DNA of 47,514 bases, from positions 1 to 47,514 of the forward strand of contig MZGJ01000005.1 in assembly GCA_002084955.1 (NCBI GenBank). Direction: 5' to 3'. The translations under genes and the position numbers were made by a program. The DNA is from a candidate division CPR3 bacterium 4484_211. GTDB lineage: Bacteria > Patescibacteriota > 4484-211. Positions 29,837 through 39,335 of the stretch are shown here, piece after piece. Within the stretch, counting starts at the first letter, position 1. Every line of letters starts with the position of its first letter. The notes under the pieces are model-generated. The model was given only the letters and a program-made list of their open reading frames with translations, had not been told where the DNA came from and searched no databases.

Positions 29837-31462
29837 ATGAACAACAGATTAATTCGTATCTTAATTTTAACCACAACCGCTTTTTTTCTCCTGACTATTC
29901 TTTTTCTACCCAGCAGCATCTGTGTTGCCGCTGATGACTTTACCACCGACTACCATATCACCTACACTATAGATCAAGCCGGCGCCGCCGCCATCAATCA
30001 AGACATTACCCTCATCAACAACACATCCAATCGCTATGTTTCTGACTACACACTAACCGTTCCTCTAAGCAAAATTACCGATATCTCCGCCGTAAACAGC
30101 CAGGGCCAGCTTAAAACCTTGGTAGAACAGCAGGAAAACAGCCAAACCATAAAAGTTATCCTGGGGTCATCTACCACCGGATTGGGTACCAAAACAAATT
30201 GGACTCTTACATACCACTGCCCCAATTTTGCCGAAAAGAGAGGCCGCCTTTGGCACGTTGTTATTCCCAAAATTCAACACTCAACTTCCATAAACAGCTT
30301 CCAACTGGAAATTAACGCTTCAGATAAACTGGGAGAACCGCAATTTATCATTCCTTTACCCAGTGAAACTAACCATTTGGATAACATTAATCAATATAAA
30401 TTTTTAAACGCCCAGGGGGAAAAGGTAAAAAACAGCGGCCTGGTAGCCGATTTTGGTGATTATCAACTGTTTTCATTTTACCTAACCTATCATCTCAGCA
30501 ATCCTTTGGATACCGCAGCCGTCACGGAAATTGCTCTTATCCCCAACTTCCCGCCTTACCAAAAAGTTTTTATTAAAAGCCTTAGTCCTCTGCCTAAAAA
30601 AATTGAAAAAGATCTGGATGGAAATTACCTCGCCACCTACCAGTTAAAAGCACACGAAAATGCCGCCATCACTTTTCAAGGCCAGGTCGCCGTTGACCTT
30701 TCTCCCAACAGAGCTTACCCTAAAACCTCTGCCAATTATTACGCTCTTCAAGCCCGCTACACTCAGCCGGCCAAATACTGGGAGACCACCGACCCCGCCA
30801 TTCAAAAAATTGTCCAAGAAAATGTCAATCAGCAAATGTCCACTCAACAAAAAGCCAGAACTCTTTATGCCTATGTTCTTAAAACTTTAACCTATAATAG
30901 TTTAAATTTTGAAGGGGATAAAAGCACCGCGGGGCAGAAACTTAAGCGCCTTGGAGCACTGGGTGCATTAAACGAGCCGGACAATTGTGTTTGCATGGAA
31001 TTTACCGATCTTTTAATTACTTTATTGCGGAGCGCCGGCATTCCTGCCCGGGAACTTGACGGATATGCTTACTCTCCCGACATCTCAAACCACCCCAAGG
31101 GAGATGTTCTCCACTCCTGGGTGCAATTTTACGACCGTGAAATGCAAAAATGGATTAGCGTTGATCCTACCTGGGAATCGACATCAGGACGCGATTATTT
31201 CACCGCCATGGACACCGATCGGATTATTTTTGTCATTAAAGGAATTGATTCCGAAAAACCTTATCCCGCCGGCAGCTATAAAAGTGAAGATAATAAAGAA
31301 ACACAGGATGTTAAAATTTCTTTTGCTCAACAACGAGAGAAGGGGACAATTCCTTTCAGCCTCTGGAAACAGAATTGGGAAAACGAGAATCAAAAGGTTG
31401 AACTGCTGGATAAAATCTTTAGGTGGATCGTGAAAACTTGGGAGAAAATCAAGCGCGGCTAG
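29837..31462 (+). CDS. Secreted transglutaminase-like domain protein
   Basis: Signal peptide; catalytic triad motifs VCMEF, HSW, DPTW; LRSAGIPAR. Confidence 0.88.
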   Translation: MNNRLIRILILTTTAFFLLTILFLPSSICVAADDFTTDYHITYTIDQAGAAAINQDITLINNTSNRYVSDYTLTVPLSKITDISAVNSQGQLKTLVEQQENSQTIKVILGSSTTGLGTKTNWTLTYHCPNFAEKRGRLWHVVIPKIQHSTSINSFQLEINASDKLGEPQFIIPLPSETNHLDNINQYKFLNAQGEKVKNSGLVADFGDYQLFSFYLTYHLSNPLDTAAVTEIALIPNFPPYQKVFIKSLSPLPKKIEKDLDGNYLATYQLKAHENAAITFQGQVAVDLSPNRAYPKTSANYYALQARYTQPAKYWETTDPAIQKIVQENVNQQMSTQQKARTLYAYVLKTLTYNSLNFEGDKSTAGQKLKRLGALGALNEPDNCVCMEFTDLLITLLRSAGIPARELDGYAYSPDISNHPKGDVLHSWVQFYDREMQKWISVDPTWESTSGRDYFTAMDTDRIIFVIKGIDSEKPYPAGSYKSEDNKETQDVKISFAQQREKGTIPFSLWKQNWENENQKVELLDKIFRWIVKTWEKIKRG

Positions 31463-31502
31463 AAGCCGCCGCTTCCAAAGCGCTGGAGGTCCCCTATTCA
31501 AA

Positions 31503-32843
31503 ATGGAGTTTCCTCAAAATGTCCCAACAACTCCCGGCATCTATATTTTCCGCGGCGTAAAAAAGAGACCTTTATACATCGGCAAGGCGAAGAATTTAAA
31601 GAACCGAATCAGATCCTATTTTCAAACTAAAGTAGGGCCAAAAATAAGGCAAATGCTGGCCAAAGCCAAGGATATAAAATTTGTTGCCACCGATACCGAG
31701 CTGGAGGCTGTCCTGCTGGAGGCAGATCTCATAAAGAGGCTTAATCCAAAATATAACACGCAGTGGAAGGACGATAAAAACTTCAAATACATTGCATTAG
31801 ATTTTCCCCGAGTTTATACAACACGCAAAAAGTCAGTTCCTCACGCTGTTTATTTTGGACCTTTCCCTGATGGTAAAATCGTCAGTCAGGTTTTAAAAAC
31901 TCTGCGTAAAATTTTCCCTTTCCGCGACTGCACTAGAACAAAATTCAATCGTCACCAAAAAATTAAACGCCCCTGTTTGTACTACAATCTAAATCTTTGT
32001 CCGGGTCCGTGCATTGGCGCCGTCTCGGCTCAAAAATACACAGAAAATATTAACCGACTGATACTTTTTCTAAAAGGCAAAAAGAAAAAAATTATCCGGG
32101 ACCTAAAAGCAAAAATGAAGTCAGCCAGTGCCAACAAAAATTTTGAAGCCGCCGCCAAATACCGGGACCAAATAGAACGGCTTAACTATGTGCTTTTGCA
32201 ATTTCGTTATCAAGAAAATTACCTTAAAACGGCAGATCTGCTGGTTGATCAAAAAGCCAGAGAACTAGAAGAGCTCGACAAAGTCCTCACGGGGGTTCTC
32301 CCCCGCAGAGGAAGAACCTCTAACTATCATAGGTTCCGTTTGGAAGCCTATGACATTTCCAACCTGCAGGGGCAACAGGCAACAGGCTCAATGGCAGTGC
32401 TGGAAGGAGGAACGCCCAAAAAATCCGACTACCGCAAGTTTAAAATCCGCGCCGCCGGAAAAGTAGATGATGTGGGCATGATTAAAGAAGTTTTAAAAAG
32501 AAGGTTTTCCAACTTTAAGAAGCGTCCTAAAGAACATAGCAAAAAACACCGCCTCGATCTCTCCTTTAGTCAAGCTCCCCACCTTATCCTCATTGACGGG
32601 GGCAAACCGCAGTTAAACGCCGCTCTCCAGGTTCTTTCTCAACTTAAAATTAATCTTCCGGCAATTAGTCTCGCCAAAAAAGAGGAAATCGTCTATTGCC
32701 AAATTAAAGGTAAATTAGAGGAAATTAAACTGCCTAAAGATTCTGCCGCTCTGCACCTCCTACAGCGCGCCAGAGACGAAGCCCATCGATTTGCCCTCAC
32801 CTACCATCACAAACTTCGGTCCCGTTCACTGACCCACTTATAG
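31503..32843 (+). CDS. uvrC: Excinuclease ABC subunit C (short form without C-terminal HhH)
   Basis: GIY-YIG domain, UVR domain FEAAAKYRD, RNaseH-like YDISN, DGGKPQL, RDEAHRFA; ends right after. Confidence 0.92.
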   Translation: MEFPQNVPTTPGIYIFRGVKKRPLYIGKAKNLKNRIRSYFQTKVGPKIRQMLAKAKDIKFVATDTELEAVLLEADLIKRLNPKYNTQWKDDKNFKYIALDFPRVYTTRKKSVPHAVYFGPFPDGKIVSQVLKTLRKIFPFRDCTRTKFNRHQKIKRPCLYYNLNLCPGPCIGAVSAQKYTENINRLILFLKGKKKKIIRDLKAKMKSASANKNFEAAAKYRDQIERLNYVLLQFRYQENYLKTADLLVDQKARELEELDKVLTGVLPRRGRTSNYHRFRLEAYDISNLQGQQATGSMAVLEGGTPKKSDYRKFKIRAAGKVDDVGMIKEVLKRRFSNFKKRPKEHSKKHRLDLSFSQAPHLILIDGGKPQLNAALQVLSQLKINLPAISLAKKEEIVYCQIKGKLEEIKLPKDSAALHLLQRARDEAHRFALTYHHKLRSRSLTHL

Positions 32844-32873
32844 CCGCTCACCAAAACTCACCTCCACTCATGC

Positions 32874-34136
32874 CTAAAATGACCTCATAAACCCTTCCCG
32901 GGCTTTCATGGGGAAAGAAAGAGTAAAAGTACAGCCTTGCCCAGAATCGCTTGCTAAATCTACTGTACCCCCATTAAGGCCAACAAATCTCTTAACAATA
33001 TAAAGCCCCAAGCCCGTCCCTTTACTCATCTCAGCCGCCTTAGACTTTCCCCGATAAAAGGGCTTAAAAATTTTGCCCTGCTCTTTCTTAGCAATGCCCG
33101 GCCCGGTATCACGCACACTTATCAAAAAATTATTGTCCTCACACCAGCATCTCAATAGAACCTCTCCCTTTTGGGTATATTTCACGGCATTGTCCAGCAA
33201 GTTGGCCAAAATATTTTTAAACGTGCGCACATCAACCAACACCCAGACACTCATTTTTAGATCATCTTGGAATTCAAAATCCAGCCCCTTACCTAAGGCT
33301 GCCGGTTTCAAAGAGTTGAAAACCTCTTTGATTAGGGGGAGGGGATTAACCCACCGGCGCGAGATTTCTGTTTTTTTCGCCTGAATTTTAGAAACCTCTA
33401 ATAATTCATTAACCAACTTCTCCAAATTTGCCAAAACATCTTTCATCTGATCCAAAAATTTTCGACGCTCCTCAGACTCAAGATCTTCCTCTCCCAAGGC
33501 CTCCCAATATCCCTTTAAAGCCGTCAACGGGGTTCTAAAATTATGCACAGCCACCGAAATGTACTCATTTCTCAACTTAGCCGCTTCCTTCAAAGCATCA
33601 ACCTTTTTGGCCAAGACTTCCTTAGCTTTAATTTCTTTCTGCAAAATTTCACCCCAGTAACCGGATACCAAACAAACACTTAGCAAAGAAGCTGTTCTTA
33701 AAAGAAGCGCCGATTGTGTCAGTTCACCACTGGCCAAGACAAAATAAAAAAAGGAAACCAGAGAACCACTCATAAACCCAACCCATAAACCGCCGCGGAA
33801 AGGAATAACAATTAAGCTAACCAAACCCAGAAGATAAAAATCGGAGGCAAACAGGCGGAAGATAATTAAAACAGCCGCAAAGGTGAGAGCGTCAATTAAA
33901 ACCAGGGCGGTATATATGGCGGTAACCAAATTTGTCTTTCCTCGTTGATTAAAGTAGGACGAAAGCAGTTCTCCGCTAATTGATAAACAAAGCAGAAAAA
34001 TAAAGATTAAAAGTAGGTAAACGGGATATTGATAAAAAAGAATAGCAAAAAGCCCAATTAATTTTAGACCGATAAGAATATTGGTGGTGAGATGAGGAAT
34101 AGTTGGTGTCTGGTGCGTGTCTGAGTTAGTCATCAA
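32874..34136 (-). CDS. Membrane sensor histidine kinase
   Basis: Several TMs; H-box HNFRTPLT; N-box NLLDNAVKY; DTGPGI; GTGLGL. Confidence 0.93.
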   Translation of the reverse strand: MMTNSDTHQTPTIPHLTTNILIGLKLIGLFAILFYQYPVYLLLIFIFLLCLSISGELLSSYFNQRGKTNLVTAIYTALVLIDALTFAAVLIIFRLFASDFYLLGLVSLIVIPFRGGLWVGFMSGSLVSFFYFVLASGELTQSALLLRTASLLSVCLVSGYWGEILQKEIKAKEVLAKKVDALKEAAKLRNEYISVAVHNFRTPLTALKGYWEALGEEDLESEERRKFLDQMKDVLANLEKLVNELLEVSKIQAKKTEISRRWVNPLPLIKEVFNSLKPAALGKGLDFEFQDDLKMSVWVLVDVRTFKNILANLLDNAVKYTQKGEVLLRCWCEDNNFLISVRDTGPGIAKKEQGKIFKPFYRGKSKAAEMSKGTGLGLYIVKRFVGLNGGTVDLASDSGQGCTFTLSFPMKAREGFMRSF

Positions 34137-34166
34137 TTATCAGTTTTTTCAAACTTTTGCAAAACT

Positions 34167-34898
34167 CTAATCATTTAGAGAAAAAATTTGTGAAAAAACA
34201 ATCCCGCAAAACATAGTCAGCGCCCCAAAAAGGGTCAGATAATCCAAGACAGCTCCCCACTCAATAAAAAGGCGGAAGTGGGCAACCAAAATTGGGCCAA
34301 CATAAAACGCCATCCCCAAGCCAATAAAGAAACCTCTAAATTTGAGAACCAACGAGGATGAGCGGGCTGCCAGCAGAAAGAAGGCCAAAATATCAACCAA
34401 ACTCACCAGACCCACAAAAACCACCAAAGCCGCAGCTACCTGGGGCAACATATTCCAAAGAATTAAGCCTTTATTGGAAAGAGTAGGGTGAGGCAGGTAA
34501 ACCGCGACCAAAAAAAGAACAAAATACCCCCAAATTAGAACTATTTTTAAAAGGATATCTTCAAAAGCCGGATAAATAGCAGAAAACAGCAGCCGGCAGA
34601 GACTGTACCCGCCTAAAAATGCACTAAGAAGCGCCAGAAAATAAAACAATCCGGAAGCCGGCAGGACAAGATTTTGATTAATCTCTAAACTAATATTAAT
34701 TACCAAGCCGGCCGTTGCCCAAAAAGAGCTGGCCAAAGCCAAACCGGCAAAATAAAGTGCAAACAGACGCACCGAAGAACCTTTCTTGCGATAGGCAGAA
34801 CTAGCCAAGAAGACGCTGGCCAGCAAGAAAAGGGCACTGTCTATTAGGTGGACAACAGTGGTCAGGCTAATCATAATACTTACCAGACTATCACCCAA
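34167..34898 (-). CDS. Polytopic (about 7 TM) membrane protein, possible kinase sensor partner
   Basis: About seven hydrophobic segments; directly upstream of and co-oriented with the kinase. The start may be ATG 34874. Confidence 0.7.
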   Translation of the reverse strand: MGDSLVSIMISLTTVVHLIDSALFLLASVFLASSAYRKKGSSVRLFALYFAGLALASSFWATAGLVINISLEINQNLVLPASGLFYFLALLSAFLGGYSLCRLLFSAIYPAFEDILLKIVLIWGYFVLFLVAVYLPHPTLSNKGLILWNMLPQVAAALVVFVGLVSLVDILAFFLLAARSSSLVLKFRGFFIGLGMAFYVGPILVAHFRLFIEWGAVLDYLTLFGALTMFCGIVFSQIFSLND

Positions 34899-34970
34899 GA
34901 ATTATTTTGTCTACCCATTTACTGAAGATGCAATCTATAAACACCAAATCCCAAATACCAAATTGACAAT

Positions 34971-36197
34971 TTATCTGTCTAAAAGCTGTCTTGCCTTTCT
35001 AATACCCTCTATTAATCGGTCTATTTCCTTTTTGGTGTTATAAAAGCAAAAACTAGCTCGGGCTGAGGCCGGAATGCCCAATTTCTGGTGCAGGGGCATG
35101 GCACAGTGATGCCCGGAACGAATAGCAATTCCTTGTTCGTCCAAGATAGTGGCCAAATCGTGAGGGTGGATACCAGCGAGACTAAAGGAAATTAAAGCCC
35201 CCCTATCTACAGAATTCTCAGGTCCGATAATTTTTAAACCATCAAGTCGGGTCAATTTCTGGAGGGCGTAGCTGGTCAATTCCTCTTCGTATTTATAAAT
35301 TCTCTCCAAACCAACAAAATCAAGATAATCAATTGCCGCTCCCAGACCAACTGCTCCGGCAATATTAGGCGTTCCCGCTTCAAATTTTTCCGGACACCTA
35401 TTGGGGGTAAACCGCTGCCAATAAACCTCATCAATCATCCCCCCGCCTCCCAAAAAAGGCATCATTTTCTCCAGATGCTCTCTTTTAGCCCACAAGACCC
35501 CAATGCCGGTCGGCCCCAGCATTTTGTGGCCGCTAAAAGCCAAAAAATCTGCCCGATATTTTTTAACATTAAAACCCAAATGGCCCACCGATTGAGCCGC
35601 ATCCACCAGAACTAAAACACCTTTCTCATGCGCCCTTTTTATAATCTGCCCAAGGGGGTTAATAGTACCCAAAACATTAGAAACATGGGTTAAAGACAAC
35701 AGACTGGGATGAGCGTCAAGTAGCCCCCAAAGATGATTTAAATCCAAATACCCTTGACTATCAATTCGGGCATATTTAATATTCAGATGCTTTTCCTGCG
35801 ACAGAATTAACCAGGGGATAATGTTAGCGTGATGCTCCATCTCTGTCAACACCACCGCATCACCATCTTTAAAAAATCTCTTTCCCCAACTAAAGGCAAC
35901 CAAGTTTATGGCCTCGGTTGTATTTCGCACAAAAATAATTTCACGCGCATCGTCGGCACCAATAAATTGCGCCGTCTTCTTTCTCGCTTTTTCATAGGCA
36001 AGGGTGGCCTCCTCAGACAAGGAGTGAATTCCCCGATGGATATTGGCATTGCATTTCTGATAAAAACGAGAAACTGAGCGAATAACAGATCTGGGTTTTT
36101 GGGTAGTAGCCGCATTATCTAAATAGGCTAATGGCCGGCCACGAACCTCCCGTGAGAGGATAGGAAAATCCTTGCGAAATTTCTGAACATCAAACAT
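34971..36197 (-). CDS. sufS: Cysteine desulfurase, SufS family
   Basis: YLDNAATTQKP, EHHAN, SGHKM (PLP Lys), EAGTPN, RSGHHCAMP. Confidence 0.95.
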   Translation of the reverse strand: MFDVQKFRKDFPILSREVRGRPLAYLDNAATTQKPRSVIRSVSRFYQKCNANIHRGIHSLSEEATLAYEKARKKTAQFIGADDAREIIFVRNTTEAINLVAFSWGKRFFKDGDAVVLTEMEHHANIIPWLILSQEKHLNIKYARIDSQGYLDLNHLWGLLDAHPSLLSLTHVSNVLGTINPLGQIIKRAHEKGVLVLVDAAQSVGHLGFNVKKYRADFLAFSGHKMLGPTGIGVLWAKREHLEKMMPFLGGGGMIDEVYWQRFTPNRCPEKFEAGTPNIAGAVGLGAAIDYLDFVGLERIYKYEEELTSYALQKLTRLDGLKIIGPENSVDRGALISFSLAGIHPHDLATILDEQGIAIRSGHHCAMPLHQKLGIPASARASFCFYNTKKEIDRLIEGIRKARQLLDR

Positions 36198-36215
36198 GGG
36201 TAAAATGCCAAACTA

Positions 36216-36446
36216 CTATTTAGGCCACAACTTCTCTCCTGACTCTTTGTCCACCGCCTCAATTGCTTCTACCGGGCATGACTGCGCCGCGGTAAGCTTT
36301 TCTTCATCCGTATTGCCCTCCTGATTAACCACCGAAGATTTACCATCCGTTCCAATTTGGAAAGTCTCCGAGGCTAAATTTACACAGGTCCCGCAACCAA
36401 TACAGGTCTCTTTGTTTACCTTTACCTCTATTTTTGAATCTGACAT
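36216..36446 (-). CDS. Single-cluster ferredoxin
   Basis: CIGCGTC...CP motif; GGGGGTG RBS before ATG 36446. Confidence 0.9.
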   Translation of the reverse strand: MSDSKIEVKVNKETCIGCGTCVNLASETFQIGTDGKSSVVNQEGNTDEEKLTAAQSCPVEAIEAVDKESGEKLWPK

Positions 36447-36462
36447 TAACTCTTCACCCCCT

Positions 36463-36816
36463 TTAGACAACCGCCTTTTTAAGTACCGTCAACGGCAGCT
36501 GAACGCATTTCCTACGACCCGGGCTAATTTTGCCCGCCAATTGCCTTAATAGATTATCATCAAGTCTTTTAATCTTTTCAAGTGCCATTCCCTTCACTTT
36601 CTCGGTCAACATACTGCAAACACCTATACAGAGAGCGCATCCTTCCCCCTGAAAACGGATCTCTTTCACCTTTCCATTTTCTACATTAAGCTGAATTTTA
36701 ATCTGGTCCCCGCAGGAAGCATCAGAACCCTCGGCCGAATGCGTGAAATTTTTTAATCTACCAAAATTAAGAGGGTTTTTATAATGATCAATAATCTTTT
36801 GGCTAATAGTTGTCAT
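36463..36816 (-). CDS. SufU/IscU (NifU-N) Fe-S scaffold or sulfur acceptor
   Basis: DHYKNP.NFG, CGD, GEGCA, RRKC. Confidence 0.88.
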   Translation of the reverse strand: MTTISQKIIDHYKNPLNFGRLKNFTHSAEGSDASCGDQIKIQLNVENGKVKEIRFQGEGCALCIGVCSMLTEKVKGMALEKIKRLDDNLLRQLAGKISPGRRKCVQLPLTVLKKAVV

Positions 36817-36877
36817 AACAATCCTTATTTTATCCGATATTACCTCTTGCCGCAATTAGATTTTCCGTTTACTATAA

Positions 36878-37072
36878 TTCCACAACACCCTCTTTCTTGC
36901 CATTGTTCGCAATGCCAGCATGGAAGATGCCGCCGAGGTTATGCAAAAGCTGGGAGCCGCCAATGCTCTAAATCTTGACGGAGGAGGATCCTCGGCTATG
37001 TATTATAATGGATCTTATAAAGTAGGACCGGGAAGAAATTTACCCAATGCGGTTGTGTTGCAAAAAAGATAA
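36878..37072 (+). pseudogene. C-terminal fragment of a phosphodiester glycosidase (NAGPA/DUF2233) gene
   Basis: Hand translation, absent from the ORF track: NTLFLAIVRNASMEDAAEVMQKLGAANALNLDGGGSSAMYYNGSYKVGPGRNLPNAVVLQKR*. In-frame TAA at 36875. Confidence 0.8.
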
Positions 37073-37135
37073 AAAGCAGACCAAACTCGATAAGTCTAGA
37101 ACCCCAAGCCTGTCGGGTTTCGCCTAATTTGATAT

Positions 37136-37987
37136 ATGAACACCCACCAATATCTTATTCTTGCCCTTGACCACCGGCAAAGCCTAAAAAAATTACTCGC
37201 GCCGCATAAGCCTGGTTCCATCACTGCCGCAGAATTAATAAGATGGAAGACAATTGCTTTGCAGTACCTCCTGCCATATGTGACCCACGTATTAATTGAC
37301 CCGGAATTCGGTCTGCCCGCCTTACAAAAGATAGAGAGAAAAAACACTAAAGTTATTTTAAGTATTGAAGAATCAGGATACCAGAAAATTGACGGTGAGC
37401 GACTTACCCGCCTTAAGTACACGGTAGAAGATCATAAAAAACTAGGCGCCGACATAATTAAACTTCTCATTTACTTTAACCCTCGGGCTAAAACTGCCAA
37501 ACACCAAAAAGATCTAGTCCAAAAAATTTCCAAAGACTGCCAAAAGCACAACTTGCCATTTTTGTTGGAAGTAGCCCCCTATGGTTTGGAGCCTTCTTCG
37601 GGGGACGCCCCTCGAAGAGGAGCGACTCCCTACTCAGTCCTAGAAATAGCCAAAGAAATTATGTCCTTGGGCTGTAAAATTGACATCTACAAAACCGCCT
37701 ACCCCGGCGATAAAAACTGTAATCGGCTGACCAAAACTTTAAAAATCCCCTGGGTCCTATTGTCCGGCGGGGAGGAATTCCCAATTTACAGGAAAAACCT
37801 GCAGACAGCAATGCGGGGCGGCGCGGCTGGTTTTGCCGCCGGAAGAACTTTATGGAAAGACTTTATTCGTCGGCCTAGAGAAAAATGGCCGGAGTTCTTT
37901 AAAAAAGTGGCCAAAACAAGGCTGGAGGAAATTATCGGGATCGTAAAGAAAAATGCGCAGGACACAACTTCCCTAACTACTGCCTGA
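37136..37987 (+). CDS. Class I aldolase, tagatose-1,6-bisphosphate aldolase (LacD)-like
   Basis: LALDHRQSL, L.DPEFGLP, E.SGY, K.L.YFNP, PFLLE, PWVLLSGG, GF.AGR.LWKD. Confidence 0.85.
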   Translation: MNTHQYLILALDHRQSLKKLLAPHKPGSITAAELIRWKTIALQYLLPYVTHVLIDPEFGLPALQKIERKNTKVILSIEESGYQKIDGERLTRLKYTVEDHKKLGADIIKLLIYFNPRAKTAKHQKDLVQKISKDCQKHNLPFLLEVAPYGLEPSSGDAPRRGATPYSVLEIAKEIMSLGCKIDIYKTAYPGDKNCNRLTKTLKIPWVLLSGGEEFPIYRKNLQTAMRGGAAGFAAGRTLWKDFIRRPREKWPEFFKKVAKTRLEEIIGIVKKNAQDTTSLTTA

Positions 37988-38050
37988 GTATTCAATTCCC
38001 GCGGCCACTCCACCAAAGAACTAAGAACGAGACATAAACGCCCAATATAA

Positions 38051-38085
38051 ATGGGGTGATGCCCTCTTTGAGGGTAACACTCCAT
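38051..38085. repeat. Degenerate copy of the GGTGACACCCT palindrome
   Basis: ATGGGGTGATGCCCTC-TTT-GAGGGTAACACTCCAT; 13/16 Watson-Crick pairs plus two G-T. Confidence 0.7.
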
Positions 38086-38110
38086 TCAACCAACTATTGC
38101 GCGCATAGAT

Positions 38111-38146
38111 CGCAGACTAACCGCAGTACCACTCGGTACACGGTAA
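38111..38146 (-). repeat. CCGTGTACCGA...ACTGCGGTTAGTCTGCG module
   Basis: Reverse complement aligns with 45681-45714 and more loosely with 29415-29450. Confidence 0.7.
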
Positions 38147-38148
38147 AA

Positions 38149-39069
38149 TTACGTCCCGACCACATACTTCCGCAGCAAACAGCAGGGATGCAGATATTTT
38201 TTAAATTTGCGTAAACCCGCTGACCCCAGGTCCTGTTCAAAGTTGATAAATTCCAATTTACTTCTAAACTCTTGAGCTAAAGACCAAAAAAAGAACTCAC
38301 CCAACCCTTTAATCCCGCGAGCCGTCTTAAAATGATGAATCAGCAGTGTCTTTTTAGGTATTTCCTCTAATAGGGCAAAGGCTTTAAGCTGCCTATCAAT
38401 TGCTATTCCAAACATCGTCAAGTTCAATTGATCCCAAAACAGAAACGCCTTTTCTAAACCATCAGCTTCTCGCTGCAGACTCAATATGCTTTCTTTTTCC
38501 AAATTGACCTTACTCCTCCTCCATTCCTCCTGCAGCCGCCAGCAATCATCAAAGTTTGTCTTAGACAATTTCATAAATTTTGGAGAATATAAGCGCTGAC
38601 ATAAATTTCTCTTCCTCCTCAAATTCGCAAAATCAGCGCCTAGCAGGTCAGCCTGGTGAGCAATTTTATAGAGATAATCGCAATTGTCTCTATTCAGCTT
38701 AACCCGAAACCGCTCCGGGGACTCAAGAGCCTTAATAGCTAACTCTGGTACAAAAGTTAAGTAATTTATTTTTAGGCTGGTTCCGGCATACTCAAGAAGG
38801 GCATTCAATGACTGGTCCATACAGTTCTTCCCCAAAATGCTAAGAAGGGTCTCACCGCTAACCGAATCATCAAAAACCACCACCAGATTTTCATTTAAAT
38901 TTGAAATTTTAAGAGAATTATTGTTGTCCAGGGTAAAAAGGCTCGTAAAAACAAAGTCAGAATAGTTGCTGTTTAAATAGTTGTTAAAGCCACTGATGGT
39001 TGATTGGCAAGTAAGACCAAAAGGTTCAAACTGTGGAAAGTGAGGAATTTTTAGCCTGCTTTCGCGCAC
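38149..39069 (-). CDS. DUF2156 / phosphatidylglycerol lysyltransferase-like GNAT-fold protein
   Basis: DYLY....L.G, C-terminal INFEQDLG..GLR.FK..L.P motif. Confidence 0.8.
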   Translation of the reverse strand: MRESRLKIPHFPQFEPFGLTCQSTISGFNNYLNSNYSDFVFTSLFTLDNNNSLKISNLNENLVVVFDDSVSGETLLSILGKNCMDQSLNALLEYAGTSLKINYLTFVPELAIKALESPERFRVKLNRDNCDYLYKIAHQADLLGADFANLRRKRNLCQRLYSPKFMKLSKTNFDDCWRLQEEWRRSKVNLEKESILSLQREADGLEKAFLFWDQLNLTMFGIAIDRQLKAFALLEEIPKKTLLIHHFKTARGIKGLGEFFFWSLAQEFRSKLEFINFEQDLGSAGLRKFKKYLHPCCLLRKYVVGT

Positions 39070-39094
39070 ACGCCAATTCTAGCATAAATAGGTA

Positions 39095-39131
39095 AATAGG
39101 GTGACACCCTTTTTGAGGGTGTCACCCTATT
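39095..39131. repeat. REP-like hairpin AATAGGGTGACACCCT-TTTTG-AGGGTGTCACCCTATT
   Basis: 16-bp perfect stem; near-identical copy at 41050-41076. Confidence 0.9.
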
Positions 39132-39172
39132 ATTCCCTGTCAGCCAGCCGTCTCTACCCTTGGCATTACCGC

Positions 39173-39205
39173 CAGTATGATAAACTAGCTTATCATACCG
39201 GACCT
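39173..39205. repeat. Third, degenerate copy of the ATGATAGACTAGTCTATCAT palindrome
   Basis: CAGTATGATAAACTAGCTTATCATACCGGACCT versus the reverse complement of 29717-29750. Confidence 0.8.
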
Positions 39206-39335
39206 GCTAAGCCCGTAACCGCTTATTTACCACAGAATCAAATACGCTCCGGCAATGAGTTAGAATTTAAGGCAAGCAGAAATTCTAGAACTCAAGGAGG
39301 ATTATAAAGACAAAGGAACCCATTTAGAAAGAAAA

